DNA from: Tortispora ganteri
Lineage: Eukaryota
NCBI GenBank assembly: GCA_003707115.1
Contig: PPNB01000025.1
Span: 1 to 64,000 of the forward strand
Direction: 5' to 3'
Length of the DNA: 64,000 bases
Shown here: in pieces, positions 61,788 to 64,000 of the stretch
How positions within the stretch are numbered: the stretch's first letter is position 1
Layout of the letters: each line of letters opens with the position of its first letter
Translations under genes and position numbers: made by a program
The notes under the pieces: model-generated
Told to the model about the DNA's origin: nothing
Seen by the model: only the letters and a program-made list of their open reading frames with translations
Databases searched by the model: none

Positions 61788-61875
61788 CGGAAGTGATACA
61801 AGTGATACGACTTTCCCTGCGACCCACTGAACTAACACGTAAAATAAAACGCCTAACTGGCTGCTCGCTTCGCAT

Positions 61876-62910
61876 ATGAGTGATACGGATGAATCTCTGA
61901 TATGTTCTTTATGCAAGGACATTTATGAAGGGCCAGTTGTGGCTCCATGCGGACACACATTCTGTTCTACATGTATTAGACGTTCTATAGTAAAAAAAGA
62001 AGTGTGCCCTGTTTGCTCGATCAAGTTGTATGAAAGCCAGCTGAAGCCTGAGGATCGGCTACGAGAACTCGTGATTCTGCGACATAACCAGAAAAAAGTT
62101 TTAGATGAATCTCGCGCAAACGATCGAGCATCGCACAAAAGGAAACACTCTGAAAACGAGTACGATGATGATAACGATGTCAACTATCATGATATTTACG
62201 ATGCTGATCATCAACAAAGTAGTCGCACCCCCACAGCTAGCCGTAACGATCCTGGCTTCTTAGCATTTTGTCCTCTTTGTTCTGATGCTATTACTATCTC
62301 AAATGTCGAAAACCATGGTGATATATGTCCTGGTCAAAAAGATCCGCGAGAAGCGAAACCCATGGCTCAACGCTCAATTTCCTTCCTGAAGAAAATGCGA
62401 CACTCAGATGAAACTCGGGCTCCTAGCCACCCCCAGCCTGTGCATATACGGCGGCCAACTTATGCGTCCATGAGTGTAAAAGAAATGAAGTCGTTTTGTG
62501 TTGACTACAATATACACGATTTGATCCCTAAATACGGCTTGCTGGAAAAGAACCGATTACAAGATATGATAGAAGAATGGATTTCTTTATACAATGGAAA
62601 TATTGACAACGCATCTCTTCGTTCACACTCGGAACTGAAGTCAAAATTGGAGAGTTGGATATTGTACAAGTTTGGCGATAAAATAGCGAATAATGCTTCT
62701 ATAGACGTCACCAGTGCACATTTCAACAAGGCCGATTGGATTGCAATGCACGATGACTTATATAGAGAGTTAATTGAAAATGCTAAGAGGACATATGCAA
62801 AGGTCGAGAATGAACGCACTGTACGTAAACTGGCAAGTACCAATACTGCCATAAGAAGTGATCAAAATCCAGTGCTTGCTGATGACCAGTCTAACAACAC
62901 AGGGACTTGA
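61876..62910 (+). CDS. RAD18: Postreplication repair E3 ubiquitin ligase Rad18
   Basis: C3HC4 RING (CSLC..CGHTFCSTCIRR..CPVC), UBZ (CPLC..H..C), SAP-like segment, EWISLYNGNID. Confidence 0.85.
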   Translation: MSDTDESLICSLCKDIYEGPVVAPCGHTFCSTCIRRSIVKKEVCPVCSIKLYESQLKPEDRLRELVILRHNQKKVLDESRANDRASHKRKHSENEYDDDNDVNYHDIYDADHQQSSRTPTASRNDPGFLAFCPLCSDAITISNVENHGDICPGQKDPREAKPMAQRSISFLKKMRHSDETRAPSHPQPVHIRRPTYASMSVKEMKSFCVDYNIHDLIPKYGLLEKNRLQDMIEEWISLYNGNIDNASLRSHSELKSKLESWILYKFGDKIANNASIDVTSAHFNKADWIAMHDDLYRELIENAKRTYAKVENERTVRKLASTNTAIRSDQNPVLADDQSNNTGT

Positions 62911-62931
62911 TTCTGCAGTGTGTTATGTATA

Positions 62932-64000
62932 TTATTGAGCTGGAATTGCTTGAATATCTTCTGAAGCTTCCTCGTGTTTATCTTGTTGTTCAGGCTCTTT
63001 TGCCTCATTGTTAGGAGAAGTTTCGGGTACGTTCAAGTTGTCCAGCTTTGATTTCTGGTCTTCGAGGACTAACTGCGCAAACTCCTCTTCTAGTTCTTCT
63101 TCTTCGATACTTAAATCCTGTTTGGGAGCAATTGCATGAGATATCTCGTCCGATATGGCTATCTGTTCACTTACATCGTCGACCAGGTTTTCGATGTTCT
63201 CAATGCTTCCTATCTCAGAATTTAACTGGCTAAGGGCTGCTTTGCTGGACTCAAGTGTATTAGCTTGCTGTGCATTCAAGTAGGATCTTTCTATTCCGGA
63301 GAGTATTTTCTCATATTTTTCGCGGATACTCAAATAGCCAGATAATGACTTTTCCTTTATCTTCCGAACTCTTAATATATGAAGGGCCTCTTTGCGATTT
63401 CCCTTTTCAGCGCAATCACGGGCCTTTTCTGTGGCATCGCTTATTGCGATGGAAAGTGACTGTATTTTAGTGTCAGCATTTAATAAAGCCGATTTGACAT
63501 CAGCGATATGAAGATCTAGTTTGGTTATTAGGCTTTTTGAGTGTAGCTTGACCACGCCAGCGTGTCTATCATACATGAGTTTGCCCGACTTGCTGAGGTA
63601 TAGTAAACAAATATCCAAATCAGTTGCGGTTATTTTCAGATCTTTGGTTGTAAGTGATATCTCTGAAAGTGGGAAGACTTTATCAATGTCTAGATCTGAT
63701 CCGGAGCATTTGGCTGATAACAGATTGAATATTTCTGTAGAAAGACTGGATACTTTTGGTTTAATAATATAGTCTTGGTTTAATTTGTCTTGCGTAAGCC
63801 CAGAAGCAAGTTCTTTGATAGACGAAACTAAGTAACCAAGTATTCCATGAGTTATGTGGGCATCGTAAGACGATAGGGGTTCAATGACATGTTGATCTAT
63901 GAGATATGAAACGATATCTGGCAGGGCTTTAGGAGGACCTAACTCATCTATAAATATCGCATGAGAAAGTTCTGGAGATACTTTTAAAATTGTACGGTCT
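62932..64000 (-). CDS. CHM7: ESCRT-II/III hybrid protein Chm7/Cmp7/CHMP7, 5' end outside the window
   Basis: The frame stays open from 63999 (..ELGPPKALPDIVSYL.., winged-helix region) into a Snf7 domain (KEALHILRVRK, IENLVDDVSEQI, ELEEEFAQL). Confidence 0.78.
   Translation of the reverse strand, partial: DRTILKVSPELSHAIFIDELGPPKALPDIVSYLIDQHVIEPLSSYDAHITHGILGYLVSSIKELASGLTQDKLNQDYIIKPKVSSLSTEIFNLLSAKCSGSDLDIDKVFPLSEISLTTKDLKITATDLDICLLYLSKSGKLMYDRHAGVVKLHSKSLITKLDLHIADVKSALLNADTKIQSLSIAISDATEKARDCAEKGNRKEALHILRVRKIKEKSLSGYLSIREKYEKILSGIERSYLNAQQANTLESSKAALSQLNSEIGSIENIENLVDDVSEQIAISDEISHAIAPKQDLSIEEEELEEEFAQLVLEDQKSKLDNLNVPETSPNNEAKEPEQQDKHEEASEDIQAIPAQ

Noticed and set aside
1..64000. Transposons, LTRs, tRNA/rRNA genes, CRISPR arrays
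   Set aside because: No transposase or RT ORF, long direct repeats, cloverleaf with A/B boxes, or repeat-spacer arrays were seen by eye.

Overview
Gene-dense (about 26 genes in 64 kb), intron-poor nuclear DNA from an ascomycete yeast. It uses the standard code: CTG encodes the conserved Leu of the myosin GKYLEI motif. The gene set (MscS channel, TilS, Fep1/SreA-type GATA factor, Rad9-type clamp, Bud3) suggests an early-diverging Saccharomycotina lineage (inference). Genes: NAP1, MYO2, AOS1, two SDRs, an MscS-like channel, YSC84/LSB3, NUF2, a LYC1-like GNAT, SFU1/SreA, SVF1, BUD3, DCC1, PET8, a TilS-like enzyme, DUF1/WDR48, RAD9/DDC1, a PPR protein, DYN1, a PHO86-like protein, RAD18, partial CHM7 and several unknowns. 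I reconstructed three spliceosomal introns that the ORF track misses and a probable fourth; two demand an unusual AAG acceptor. The most striking non-coding signal lies between NUF2 and the GNAT gene (about 24330-24730). There a telomere-like template, boundary hairpin, pseudoknot, core-enclosing helix and three-way junction occur in the order expected of a telomerase RNA. This was folded by eye and is unverified. No tRNA, rRNA, transposon or CRISPR array was recognised.
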